From Phoronis australis (Eukaryota; Animalia; Phoronida), in assembly GCA_002633005.1 (NCBI GenBank), contig NMRA01000457.1, positions 286,145 through 350,144 of the forward strand: a stretch of 64,000 bases of DNA, in the 5' to 3' direction. Under the pieces are notes generated by a model. That model did not search any database and was not told the DNA's origin. It saw only the letters and a list, made by a program, of their open reading frames with translations. The translations under genes were made by a program, and so were the position numbers. Shown here in pieces: positions 1-13,100 of this stretch (position 1 is its first letter; every line of letters begins with the position of its first letter).

Positions 1-2012
1 ATTCAGTAATTTTTTAAAGTGTTCATCGTGAAAGACATCATATAGCGTACTAGAAATCGCAAGCACCAATTCCTGACTTGATATCTGCGTGAGTCAAAAT
101 CTACAAATTGGTACTCAGCTTTAATTTAAATATGCAAACAAACAGAATTGGAAGATCTGTCACTCTTAATTTATATTTGCAAGACTGATTGGTCAAATGC
201 CTACTTTGGCATGATTGCCTTTTGTGTAAAATTCAGTGGCTGTATTTCTGCTGAATTTTACAGACGCTTGATTAAAATGTTCACAATAAGGGAAATTTAC
301 ACTTAGGTGTGGTGTTTTAAAGATTTTTCGGAATGAAACACTGCCTTTTTGATATAGAATCTAAGTGATGTGGAATGTGTGTTCTTCATTCTCATCCTTG
401 TTCTGGGACTCATCCAATAGGGGGGAGGGGTTAGTTACATCCTAAAGAAGTTCATGCTTCTGCTGCACCAGGTCTCCTTTGTTCTGCTGCTGGTTGACAG
501 ACATTCAGTGGTATATTGTGGTTTCAAAGGATAGACTGAAACAGCAACAAAACAAAATTGTCTGAAGTATTGAAGCAGCTACTATCTGTCAGAGAAAATG
601 AGGTTTGATATAAACCACACAGCACTATAAAATTAGTCACAAGTCATTCAAGAAATGATTTGTGGTCTGGTTGGGAACAACAGAGTTGGATAGGTTAATT
701 CGCTCAAGGTGCAGAATGGGCCACTGTTACTACACAGAAATCAGGGTATGCATAGTGAGCTTTCAAATTTGTTATGCTGTTCAACATCAAGAGTGAAATG
801 AAATGCCATGACTTTGTTTGTTTGAGCAGGCCACATCTTCTGGAATATAGCTTAACTGAAATTTAATCTGGTATGTTGAGCAGAGTAAAGGTAGTTGTAA
901 GCACTTATGCTAGTTAAGTAAATTACAGGCTTTTGTTACAGCAAATAGCCCTGGTAATATTGTGTGTTGAGTGTTGGCTGGTGCTTCAGTAATGTGCTTG
1001 TTCTTCAACTAAGTACAATACAATTCTTGACCCACCCTAACCCATTTCACCCGATCAGTTTTCATCTAAACACATCATAGGTTGAAATCTTTCTTCAAGT
1101 GGCTCTAAACCAGTATTGCACGACAAAAATTAGGTATTAACAACTGCTTGTTGTGAAATTGGTCTTGAATTGTTCCATAGTCAAAATGAATATGGTTTCT
1201 AAGTTTTGAAAGACCTAACAGTTCGTTATTGCTTGAGACCAGGGTGAAAAAGACGGAATGCACCATGCACAATCTCAGTGAATAACGAACCGTCAGTTCG
1301 TTGCATGGAACATTTGGAGAGAGACTGAACTTCCAAATGTGAAGCTTTATTGTATGGAATTTTGTCGCAAAAACACCCTTTTTGCCGAGACGTTTGTCAG
1401 AGTAGCCACCCTTTATCTTCAGTTCTCGATTGTGTTTGGGGACCTGGGAAAAATCCCAAGTCACAACCGAGTCTCCACTGTGAGTATAAAAGTAAGAATT
1501 TATTTCAAAGTTTGTGTTGACTTCTAAACTTTAAATTACCCTACTAATAATTTTCTTAGATTTAATACCTTAGCTTCACAATTGTTTCGTTTCTTGCGTG
1601 CAGTCAGTGCATTTGCTACGACGGCAGTAAGCACACATCAAACATTCCTAAATTACCACAGGAAGTAAAAAGATGGAAGTTGGAATTGTTCGGCAAAAAT
1701 GGGGCAAGATCAATGAAACCTGCGCTTCCATCAATCATCTACATTCAATTTTCGTCGGAAGCACTAATTGAATTAGAGATTGAATGGTACATATTTTTAC
1801 TGGGAGAAATTGAAAAGAGGAAGCTTAAGTTTCTGAGAACAGGGTACGATGACACCATCTTTAAGCTAGGTGTCAAGCAATGCTTTTAGTGAAAAATCAC
1901 CCTTCTGAGTGTCATGTCTTGTATATAGTACACACCAAAAGAGCTCTGACAAAATGACTAGGAATTTCCTGTCGTGGCAGTTGATTGGAAACCGAATTCA
2001 AAAAACACCCAC

Positions 2013-4851
2013 CTGCATCAGTGTCAGCCCATGTCTCATGGACACATAAGCAGGGCAAGCTTGGTTTGGAACGCCATAATGTGCCAAGAGAGGAGTAAAA
2101 AAATTCTACTCGTCATCTTAACTCTGTTTTTGGATTTTTACCAATCTGACAATGATTGGGTCATATGACCACGCCTTTTAGTAAAATTTAGTAAAAAGTG
2201 ATCGAAGGTATATTGATTGCAGAACTACGGTATCAGTAAGCATGACCCAATTTTGTTTAATAATGATCGAGACGAAAGCTTAAAAACACTGATACTGTTT
2301 TCTAAATTATCTTTTTCATTTTCATTTCATACAACTTTTTATTTTTTCCTAAAAATCACGAAAGTCATATTTCGATAGCCCCTGATGCAAAAATGTAAAG
2401 TTTGAAAAACAATTCCTGGTAGCATTTTTGAGTACGGTGCCTAAATTATACTGTCTGAAAATTCCGTATGAATCTGACCTGCCATTTATGAGATAAGGTG
2501 TTCTAAATTTAGCCAAATTTGGCCATTTTTTCCGGGTCCTATTTAACTATAAGGTCTGTATATGTTCATTATGTCATTTTGTCCTTGAGCCAGCCAGCTT
2601 TACCCCCTTGTTAGCTATAGGTGCTAACAGGTAATATTTTATTAGGTTTATTAGTGTCGTTTTATTGCCACTTAAAAATCACTGTACTTCAATGCCTGGT
2701 TGGACTTCTGAGTATTGTACCTAGTACAATAAATTATTATTTCGTGGTTACAACCTAGTCAATTGCTGCCTGTCCAAGAGGGCAGTTAGTGCTGGGGCAA
2801 TAAGAAACTTTTCATATTGGTGCTCTCTGGAATAATGAGAGCAGGAAAGAGACTTCCGATTGATCCCAACTCAGATTTGTTAGTCAGATATTCAATTACT
2901 TCATAGGGGCTCATAAATATAAAAATAAAGGAATAAATTAAATTCCACTGTCAGCCCCTCTTATTATTTGATTAGTTAAAATTCACTAATTTATTTTAAG
3001 TTTTAGACACCAACTGGGATCAAAATTCTCCCTCTTTCTCAGCGGCAACCACTGGCTTTTTCACAGATACATTTTCGCAGTGGGAAATGTATGGAACAAG
3101 TTGTCCTTGCTTATTGACATTTCAAAATGTTTACCTTTTATTGTAAGGTATTGGTACATCCCACATGCCATAGCACAGCGGTGGAAATTTGCCCGCATTA
3201 TAATAGCAGGAAAGGGGTTAAAGGTCTGTTTATACCTGTAGATGCTATCCATAGGTGGCGCTGAACGCCTGTCCACTAAAGACCTGATTGCCATCTGGCA
3301 GGTTAGTGAACTTCAATATGGCGCAGCTATTACGAAAGTTAGCCATTCTTCACCTATATAATGCACCATATGACCGAGGAATGAAACTTCATTTTATCAA
3401 ATTTCTTCACAGAAATAAAGATTGAAAATTTTTTNCTGCATCAGTGTCATCAATGTCTCATGGACACATAAGCAAGGCAAGCTCGGTTTGGAACGCCATA
3501 ATTTGCCAAGAGAGGAGTAAAAAAATCCTACTCGTCATCTCAACTCTGTTTTCGGATTTTTACCAGTCTGACAATGATTGGGTCATATGACCATGCCTTT
3601 TAGTAAAATTTAGTAAAAAGTGATCGAAGGTATATTGATTGCAGAACTACGGTATCAGCAAGCATGACCCAATTTTGTTTAATAATGATCGAGACGAAAG
3701 CTTAAAAACACACATTGTTTTCAAAATTATCTTTTTCATTTTCATTTCATACAACTTTTTATTTTTTCCTAAAAATCACGAGTCATATTTCGATAGCCCC
3801 TGATGCAAAAATGGAAAGTTTAAAAAACAATTCCTGGTAGCATTTTTGAGTACAATGCCTAAATTATACTGTCTGAAAATTTCGTATGAATCTGACCTGC
3901 CATTTATGGTGTTCTAAATTTATCCAAATTTGGCCATTTTTTCCAGGTCCTAGTTAACCATAAGGTCTGTATCTGTTCATTATGTCATTATGTCATTTTG
4001 TCCTTGAGCCAGCCAGATTTACCCCCTTGTCAGCTATAGGTGCTAACAGGTAATATTTTATTAGGTTTATTAGTGTCCGTTTATTGCCACTTAAAATCGC
4101 TGTACTTCAATGCCTGGTTGGACTTCTGAGTATTGTACCTAGTACAATAAATTATTATTTCCTGGTTACAACCTAGTCAATTGCTGCCTGTCCAAGAGGG
4201 CAGTTAAAGCTGGGGCAATAAGAAACTTTTCATATTGGCGCTCTCTGGAATAATGAGAGCAGGAAAGAGACTTCCGATTGATCCCAACTCTGATTTGTTA
4301 GTCGGAAATTGAATTACTTCATAGGAGCTCACAAATATAAAAATAAATGAATAAATTCCACTGTCAGCCCCTCTTATTATTTGATTAATTAAAGTTCACT
4401 AATTTAAGTTTAACTTTTAGACACCGACTGGGATAAAAATTCTCCCTCTTTCTCAGCGGCACCCACTGGCTTTTTCACAGATACATTTTCGCAGTGCGGG
4501 GAAATGTATGGAAAAGGTTGTCCTTGCTTATTGATATTTCAAAATATTTACCTTTAACTGTAAGGTATTGGTACATCCCACATGCCATAGCACAGCAGTG
4601 GAAATTTGCCTGCATTATAATAGCAGGAAAGGGGTTAAAGGTCTGTTTATACCTGTAGATGCTATCCATAGGTGGCGCTGAACGCCTGTCCACTAAAGAC
4701 CTGATTGCCATCTGGCAGGTTAGTGAACTTCAATATGGCGCAGCTATTACGAAAGTTAGCCATTCTTCACCTATATAATGCACCATATGACCGAGGAATG
4801 AAACTTCATTTTATCAAATTTCTTCACAGAAATAAAGATTGAAAATTTTTT
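2013..4851. repeat. ~1.42 kb direct duplication (2013-3434 and 3436-4851) joined by a single N; likely haplotype or assembly artefact
   Basis: The copies align throughout with scattered SNPs and indels; the twin ORFs 3061-3294 and 4475-4711 are near identical. Confidence 0.9.
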
Positions 4852-7022
4852 AGTTGACCACTATCATGGGTGGTCAGGTACGTAAGTGTCATAAAACAAC
4901 GTTTGGTGTGTTCTCACCATTAGTACCAAGGTAGTCGGATGCTGAAAAATGAAAAAATGTAAGTTTCTGTAATCATTTCTGTACAAAATAAGGGGATAAT
5001 TACCATTGAAATTGCGTGATTGCCAAGTTGACGAACAAGAACTTAGAATAAAACAAAATGTCAAGGTTTCAGATTATAGGAAATGACTTATAAGTTTCTT
5101 TTTATTAATTAGCTGTGTGTGATTGAGTGCTTCCATTCAACTAAGGACACTTTGTGGAAATTCTTATGGATTGTCGAGTCTTTAGGATTGTTGATTTCTT
5201 ACATATACGTGCCTGCACTATCGTGGTTCTCCTTTGTTATCTCCCCTGCTTATCATCTTACTCTGGAGTTGGATATCTAGGACCTTGGTGTTGGTAATCT
5301 CGAAATCTCACAAAACTCTGCTTATTCAATTACTATGTTCAAGGTCTGTTAACGACTTAAATAAGCACTGTCTGGCATTCACAAAATTTCAATTCAGTTA
5401 ACTTAAATTCTGTCTGCTAGTCACATTTTTCGCATTCAATTAAAAAGGAATTCCATGTTTTTCTTAAATAATTGCTTTTAATGGAGATAAGGTCAAGTGG
5501 TGATGGTTTCTGCAGGTATTTTTGTTCAGTCCATTCACTTATCACCTGACTTCAATAAAATCTAACAGGATTTTGGACAAAAAATAATTGCCAAATTTGC
5601 CCCGTTTTCAAGTTCAGTCTTCTAACATTGCTATTTTTCAACATATATCTAATGGCAACCATGGTACAGAACTCGGAAAAAACATTTATTTGGCACTAGG
5701 TATGATTGTGAAACTATGGGAAAATACAATTTCATTTGTTTGCCTTTTTGTGTCCTAAATCAGAGATTTTTCTGTAATTTCAGATAAAAATAAGTACTAT
5801 AATTGCTTTTTTGTGTTCCAAACAATTCTGATGTTGTTGAGAATGCCCGCAGTTTTTCAAAATGATGTCTTAGTTCATATTGTTTAGAAATCTAAAGTTG
5901 TAAAGTGCTTCTTTGATGCAATGTCACCTTTTAAGACAGTGCAATCCATTTTTGGTTACAGGAATTTGTCTGTGTGAAAAATTGCAGTAAAAATATAACT
6001 CGAAGAAAAAATATGTTACCGTTCAGTCTCTTGGCCACATGCTCTTATGTCTTCTTGCTGCACATGTGCTGGCTCCTTTTGGTTTTCAAGATAAAATTTG
6101 TCTTCCAAAGCTGTCAGGGTGTGCACAAATTAATTGTAGAAAAATAACTCATTTGATCTGTGGTCTTGATTGGTTGACTAAGATCAAGCTTTGTTTCATG
6201 TAGGCAAGATTATTACCTTGTACATTTTGAAGCATTAGTTGTAGAATACACTATGGACATTGATGGATAATGGATCAATTTGACCACCTCGTCTTGTTCA
6301 GTAAGGCTATAGTTTCCCATTTTGATGTCACATTTAAAAATGTGTGTCATTAAATAATTTTACATTGGCATCATCTTAGGAAATAAGATTTTCCTCAGTC
6401 AATTGCCTATCCGTGCTTCCAATCTGATTGGCTGATTTTCAAGCCGTGTTTGTGTTATAGTTACGGAATGGTTTATACATAAGCCGTAGATGCAACTTTG
6501 TGAATGTTAAGTTGCGTCAACTTGTGTGTGTCACCTGCAAATCCTCAACTCATGACCTGAGTGTGTAACAGTACTCTGTGCTTAGCAGAACAACGTAACG
6601 TCTACTTGCCAAAATTCCTAGACTGGCAAATGGGAAATCCACTCACCAAAATAAAGAAACCATCGCATATGGAGGCCACCACAAACAATGCTTGGTTAGC
6701 AACAGTCAAAAATGTGTTTGTGATCACGTGATTTCATTTTCCCAAAATTGGGATTTTTCATGTAGGTCTCGGTATTGTTACCAAACATTAATTTTTACGC
6801 TTGGAATTACTTTCCCACATTGTATCAGCTATGAAACCACCTTTGATTTTCTAATGCCTTCATGCCTGAGAGCTGAGCTGTCAAAAATCAAGACTTCCCC
6901 TTTTAAAGCATAACTGTGCCGTGCCTTCTGTAACTGCACATTTGTTTGAGCATATCCTTTTAAAGTAGTATTTTTTTTTAAAAACGTGAACTTGTAATGA
7001 TTTTCATAAGCCTATGTTCCAG

Positions 7023-7181
7023 CTGCTGGCGAAGATCCATCCCTGCCCTCTTGTCGATGCTCCGCCCACCAGTTCATGTGTGGAAGGACAGACTCTGGAG
7101 ACTGTCCCTGTATCCCCCGGTCTTGGGTCTGTGATGGAGATATCGACTGTTCCCGTGGAAATGATGAGGGACCTCACTGTG
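7023..7181 (+). CDS. LRP4: LRP4 exon, LDL-A repeat 1
   Basis: ttccag|...|gtatgt; [41 protein letters not shown]. Confidence 0.92.
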
Positions 7182-10100
7182 GTATGTATGAGATTTGTGT
7201 ATCACAGCGTTAGTGCTACTGGGAAAATGAAATGCGTGGTGTTGTATGTTCATTTATAATAAAAAAACAACTATAAATCTAGTTGTCTCTCGGTAGCAGT
7301 CTATCTTAGCACAGCTGCCTTGTTGGTTTAACCAGATTCTCTGATCGTTGGATGATTGTTGGAATGTTTTGGATTCGGTATAAATGGAATGACTGAAAAT
7401 TAAGTAACAGATCTTCACCAAACTTTTGGAATATGAGCTTGCATACTCATTACAGAACCCTGTCAATTTCTGGTTAATGCCTGTGTGTCTGGACATCTGG
7501 GCCATCCTAGATCTACCTGTGCATAATCAATGCATCCTTCGGTGTAGCTGATCAAAACTAAACCACTTGTCCCAGCAAAATCTGCCTCAAGCTTTTCCTC
7601 ACTAATATTCCCCGATGTCCACATTGACCACCAACTTCTTTGCAGATACGAAGGTACCTACATGCGATCCTTCATGGTACACCTGTACCAACGGGCGCTG
7701 CATCCAGATGAACTGGGTCTGTGATGGGGACAACGACTGTGGGGACAGCAGCGAAGAATTCAACTGCCGTAAGGGGGCGCTCCTAGCTGAACACAATTTC
7801 AAGATCACTGTTTTATTATTGAGATTGTACTAGATCATATTATACATGTTAGAACATAATTTTGGAGCCTTTGATTTGCCGCGATTTATGGACAATGGAA
7901 ACATTTATGCAATTGAACTCCTTTAACTGAATTCACCCTTATATGTAGCAGAGTTATGATATGTTCAGTGAAGTAGATTGTGAAATGAACAACACTTTTA
8001 CAAATTAACAATAATGCAATTGATCAAAGTTATGTTGAAACGTTCGATATTAGTGTTGCATGACAAAGCAACCTTGTTAACAGCCCGTTAATGAATTTAT
8101 TCAGAAGGAAGTGTCCCTCTTGATGCCACTTTAGCTAATTTCTTGTCACTTGTTTTCAGCTGAAAGAAACTGCTCAAGCGATGAGTTTCAGTGTAAGAAC
8201 AGCCTGTGTGTTGCCAGACGATGGAGGTGTGATGGAGATGACGACTGTGGTGATAATTCAGACGAGGACTGTGGTAAGACATGGCCATAAGTGAAGTTAT
8301 AAGAGTCACCTATTTCGAACAAAATTTGTTAACAAAACAGTTATATTTTCCTGATAACCATGGTGTGCCAAATAAAATGAATATAGGAACTTCATAGTTG
8401 ACAGATGTGTGAAATATACTAAGAAAGCAAGCATCACCAACTGTCCGTGTGTGAATTTAACGAAATTTGGCCTTCATGTTTGCCAACATTATCCAATTGT
8501 TAATAATTAAATTAGGTCATCCCGTTCCAGTATAAGGAAACTTTACCCCATCATAGGTGAAACTTTTGTGTTTATGACTGGGTGGCATAACACTCATCCA
8601 AGTCATCTCATTCACCTCACATTTACATCAAGATGAATGAAGTGGTAAATATACAATGTTCAGGCCCTATCAACACAGTTAAACTGGTTCGTATTACTAG
8701 AGTTAATAACTGAACTTTGTGTTCATATTCTCCAAAGTGCAAAACGGACTGTGTGCATACTAGGTGAGGCGAAAAATTCCCACCAGGTAGTCTTGTGAGA
8801 AATAAGTGAGGGACAAATTTTTATTGTTCCAAATAATTTTTGGTGTGTGACAAATAAGATGGTTGTTCTAAACGATAGAATAATTACCACACCTCTCTCT
8901 CCTTCTTCCCCTGTATACCCCCTCTATCACCCTCGTGCACCAATTCAGCAAATATCAGGAGGCTTTTTAAAAAAATGTTTCAAGTAAAAGATTACGGTGT
9001 CATTGCATCGTATCTCAAAAACAAGCAAACCAAAACCAATTATGCTTCTTTTGCCTAAAACTGACAACCAATTTTATGCCTGATGACTTTCGCCTCGTGG
9101 TCTGTGAGGCAAATCATGCTGAATGAGACACAGCTGTTATGTATGACTATTTGGTCACGTGATAACTTTAATGGCACGGTCTTACAGTGTACGTTTACCT
9201 CGCTTCGGAGGATAATACCTGCATCCTTACGAATCTGTCTCATGTATTATGTAACCATGTACTTGATGATCCACGCTGTGAAGGCAGCTCAGTATAATCT
9301 TCCTTCCATCAGAGAAGCAAACTTTTGATTTGCACCAGTAACTATAAAATTGATCTCAACTTTTTTCCTTAGTTGAGAAGTGATGTTTGGTCTTTCAAAG
9401 AACTGACTGTTCGTTATTGCACAAGACCATGATCTGTGAATAAAATGACACACCATGACAGTCAAATTGTGGAGCCTTATCTCAAGCCATAACAAATTGT
9501 CACTTCTTTTCGATCCCAGAAATCTCATTTACTTTGACAAAGGAACAATTTTAGACCTGTTTCAATAAGTGATCTAATTGAAAGAGTTATTTTGGGATGG
9601 GATGCAGGTTTATAGCTGCTTAGAAATCTATGTTTTCAAACGAAGACAAAAACAAGTTTTGAGACAGTTAATACGCTACCAAAAATTATTGCCTACACGA
9701 GTTCATTCCGCACTCTGTAATCCTGTAAAACGAGAAGTATTTGAGTCAGAACTTGAATTAGTTGTTCCGAAGAACACAAAATCAAAACAAAACGCCACTG
9801 AAATACGTAGATGTCCCAACGTAATAGTCATGTTTAGTTATGCGCCCAGGATGTCCATTGTTCAGTCTTGGGTTTATTTTCCCGTGGCGTCATTTTGTGG
9901 ATGTGTGTGTTTCAGCCCACCAGTGCAGCGCGTCAGAATTTCAATGTGACGATGGCAGTTGTATTGAGAGACTGTGGGTATGTGATCAGGACCCTGACTG
10001 TAATGACGGGTCGGATGAAGACGGGTGTGAGAGTAAGTAACTGGAGCACTGCAGAATTACAGAAGTGCTATCTTAGAATCTGTGGTGATGTACAAACTGT

Positions 10101-13100
10101 TTATTTTTTATAAATTTTCTTCCTTGAATAACTGTAAGGCTCTAATCAGTCGTATTCTATATCTAATTTTGATTTCATAATTTCAAGCTTACTAATTTAA
10201 TTCCCAAATGTCTCTTTACAATCTTCAGCCATCTTGTTTTACTTTGCCTGTTCAATGAAGCGCCATGGTTATTATGACATGTTGTTAACTTTTGACAGCT
10301 CCAAAAGATGTCAGTTGCAGCAGTACAGAGTTCAAGTGTCTCCATAGTAACCGTTGTATTCTCCATTCTTACCGCTGTGATGGGGATAATGACTGTGGGG
10401 ATTGGACTGATGAAGTGGGGTGTGGTATGTTGCTTTCAATAGCAGTTAAAGCCTAACTTCAACAGAATTTTGTTATTTTAGATGTATTGGGCTAACCAGA
10501 TATTCCTAGCAAAGCCTTAGTAAAATAAGAAGACACGAGTTAATCATGCAAATGTAAGCCAGTCAAATGATAGGTGAAGCTGCTTTTTCGTGTTGCGTCA
10601 CCGCGAGATCCCAGCATAAATAACATACAGTTGTATTGAATAGGGATCTGAATAGAACACCACCATGTGCGGGTGTTATTCGCAGCTGTTTGAATTAAAA
10701 GGTGATTCTTGCATTGATGTAGACAAAAGCAAGCCAATACGCCTAACAGTTCATCACATTTGGCAATTTATGGCACTAGTGGGCTCAGAATTATGCCCTT
10801 AACATACTGTTAGTAGAAACCAAATTTACTGGTGTTACCGTTCAAGATAGGCTTTAAAGTGGAACATGCAAGCTAAATCCTTCTCTCTGTGATTGCTTGG
10901 CCAAATTAGTTCGAAACACAACATATAGCGACAATGTGAAAATGAAGTAGGTTGAAAATTGCCAAATGTTTTTAAGAACAAGTTTTGTGGTGGAAATGAT
11001 TCACCCCTAATCACTGAACCGTGTCCAGTATTTATCGTGACGTGGTGCTGGGAAATGACACTGTATGATGCAGGCTTTGTGAGCCTGAGAGATACGTCAT
11101 TGGTGCAAAGGTCACCTATTTGTAGAATTTTTTGTTTTCACATGTATAAGTTGTTAATGAATACAACTGCACTTTGTTTAGCATAGAGTTTGTTAAAGAA
11201 GCGTTGTTGTTTAGTTCCTGTTATACATTAGCATAGTTAGGAGCATGCAAATACATCTTTAAAGCTGCATCTCGCAGCTGAACCTCACTTACGTTCAGAT
11301 CAGTTGGTCTCTTGCTTGGTGTGTTGTAAACATTCTTTTAATATTTGTCCGTTTTTGTTCAATATTTGAGGACCGCTGATGTCATAAGCCAACGGCTACG
11401 AAATTATATCTTAGAGAACTGTAGCATCAAGTTTGAGATTTAATCTTTATTTTTATTGCATGTAACATTTGGACATTGTACTAATACTGTTGTTTGGCTA
11501 TGAATGCATCTTAGTTTCTTTTTTGCTAAATTTTCTGAAAAGGCATGGTCACATGACTCAGTGGCACATTGGCATTAAGGTATAAATCAATTTTGTAAAG
11601 GCTTATTGTCTTTCTACTTTTGCCAAGTTTATATCTGTAGTTTTGTGGATGTGTGGTGCAATAGACAGACTTGTAGAATAAGTCTATGTATTTTTCCAAA
11701 TGTCTACAAAATTATTCAGATTTTAATTTGGTAAAAGTATTTTCTGAAAGGTATATTCGATAGTAAAACGAGATTATCAGTGATGTAACCAAATTCTGTT
11801 TGCTATGAATATTTAAGATGAAATCTCAAAAACTTGTTATATACAACTTTTTTATAAAAATCACAAAATTCCTGTTTTTGACCAACCCTCATGCAAAAAC
11901 AAGCGTTTTGAACACTGCATAAACCTTAAAATTTGGAAGTTTCTTATGATTCTGGTCATTCATTTCTGAGATGTCATGCTTTGAAATTAGCCGAATTTGA
12001 ACATGTTTAAGGTTCTACATAACCGTAACTACTGTGTGCTCATTTTCATTCACGTTTGGTAGACTCACGCCTGTGCAAGGTTGGAGAAGTGCAGTGTGAC
12101 AACGGCCAATGTATCAAGAGAAGTTGGAAATGTGATGGAGACCCGGACTGTCGTGATCATTCGGACGAGCGAAATTGTGGTGTGTGTCATGAGATGGCTC
12201 TGCTAATATATTGGTTGAAAAAGTTTGTATGCCATGCAACGTTAAAATTGGCAACTCTCCAATGAAATTTGGCGACTGGCATAGGCAGATTACAAAGAAA
12301 TTTAGTTGGGAGTTGAGAAGTTGTTACTAGGCAAAATTTTGAGAAGTTGTTACTAGGCAAAATTTTTGGCGCACATATTACCCTGTCATAACTCAGAAGT
12401 TTTGTTATTTGTATCTCTGTATGTCAGAAATCTCATTTCTTGTCCGAAAGTAAAATTTACATACAACATGTGGTTGCAAAAAACTTGAACCCCACATGGA
12501 TGAACGCAAGCACAAGTTATAATAAATGTTTGCTCGTTAGTTGGTTACAGTAAGCAGTTTTTATTGCAAATTGGTTGTAAAGTGTGCATGGTGCAACTTT
12601 TCACGAAAATCTGACCATTGTCCCCGACCTTTGTCCCATCCCTGAAGAAAGGCCTTCCTCTTTTTGGCGCATCTTTGCTCAAAAAGGCCTTAATGAAAAG
12701 AATTGACATTAGAGTTTGTAGTTGGGTGTAATTCGCAGTGAGAGAAAAAATATCCAAAATCGCCCAGCAATTCATGTAGACACACTTGATTACTTTCGGC
12801 TTTTGTCTGTTTGACTAAGACTACATCACGTGATTGAGTTGACGAAACTGTAGTCAATTTTAGCAACTGTTCAATTGTGCAGTTGTCATGAAAACTCACT
12901 TAAATTAGTTTTGGTGTCTGTTGAGAACTTTGAAGGACTTCGTGTTACAAACTTAGTGTTTGACTTTTTGCATCGTGCAGTAGGTTTGGATGACTTAGAT
13001 GTTAATGCAATGTTATTGTTACATTTCAATAAATATTAGAAAATTCCTTCGAGATTGATCTGGATTCATCAAAGTTTTGGCAAAACCTAAACAAAAACTA

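Noticed and set aside
1354-1479. Candidate LRP4 signal-peptide exon (MEFCRKNTLF...IVFG...|gtgagt)
   Set aside because: Weak hydrophobic core, and its phase 0 donor is incompatible with the phase 1 exon at 7023 unless an unseen exon intervenes
3061-4711. Duplicated 77/78-aa ORFs as a gene pair
   Set aside because: They lie in the duplicated segment and have no recognisable domain or splice context
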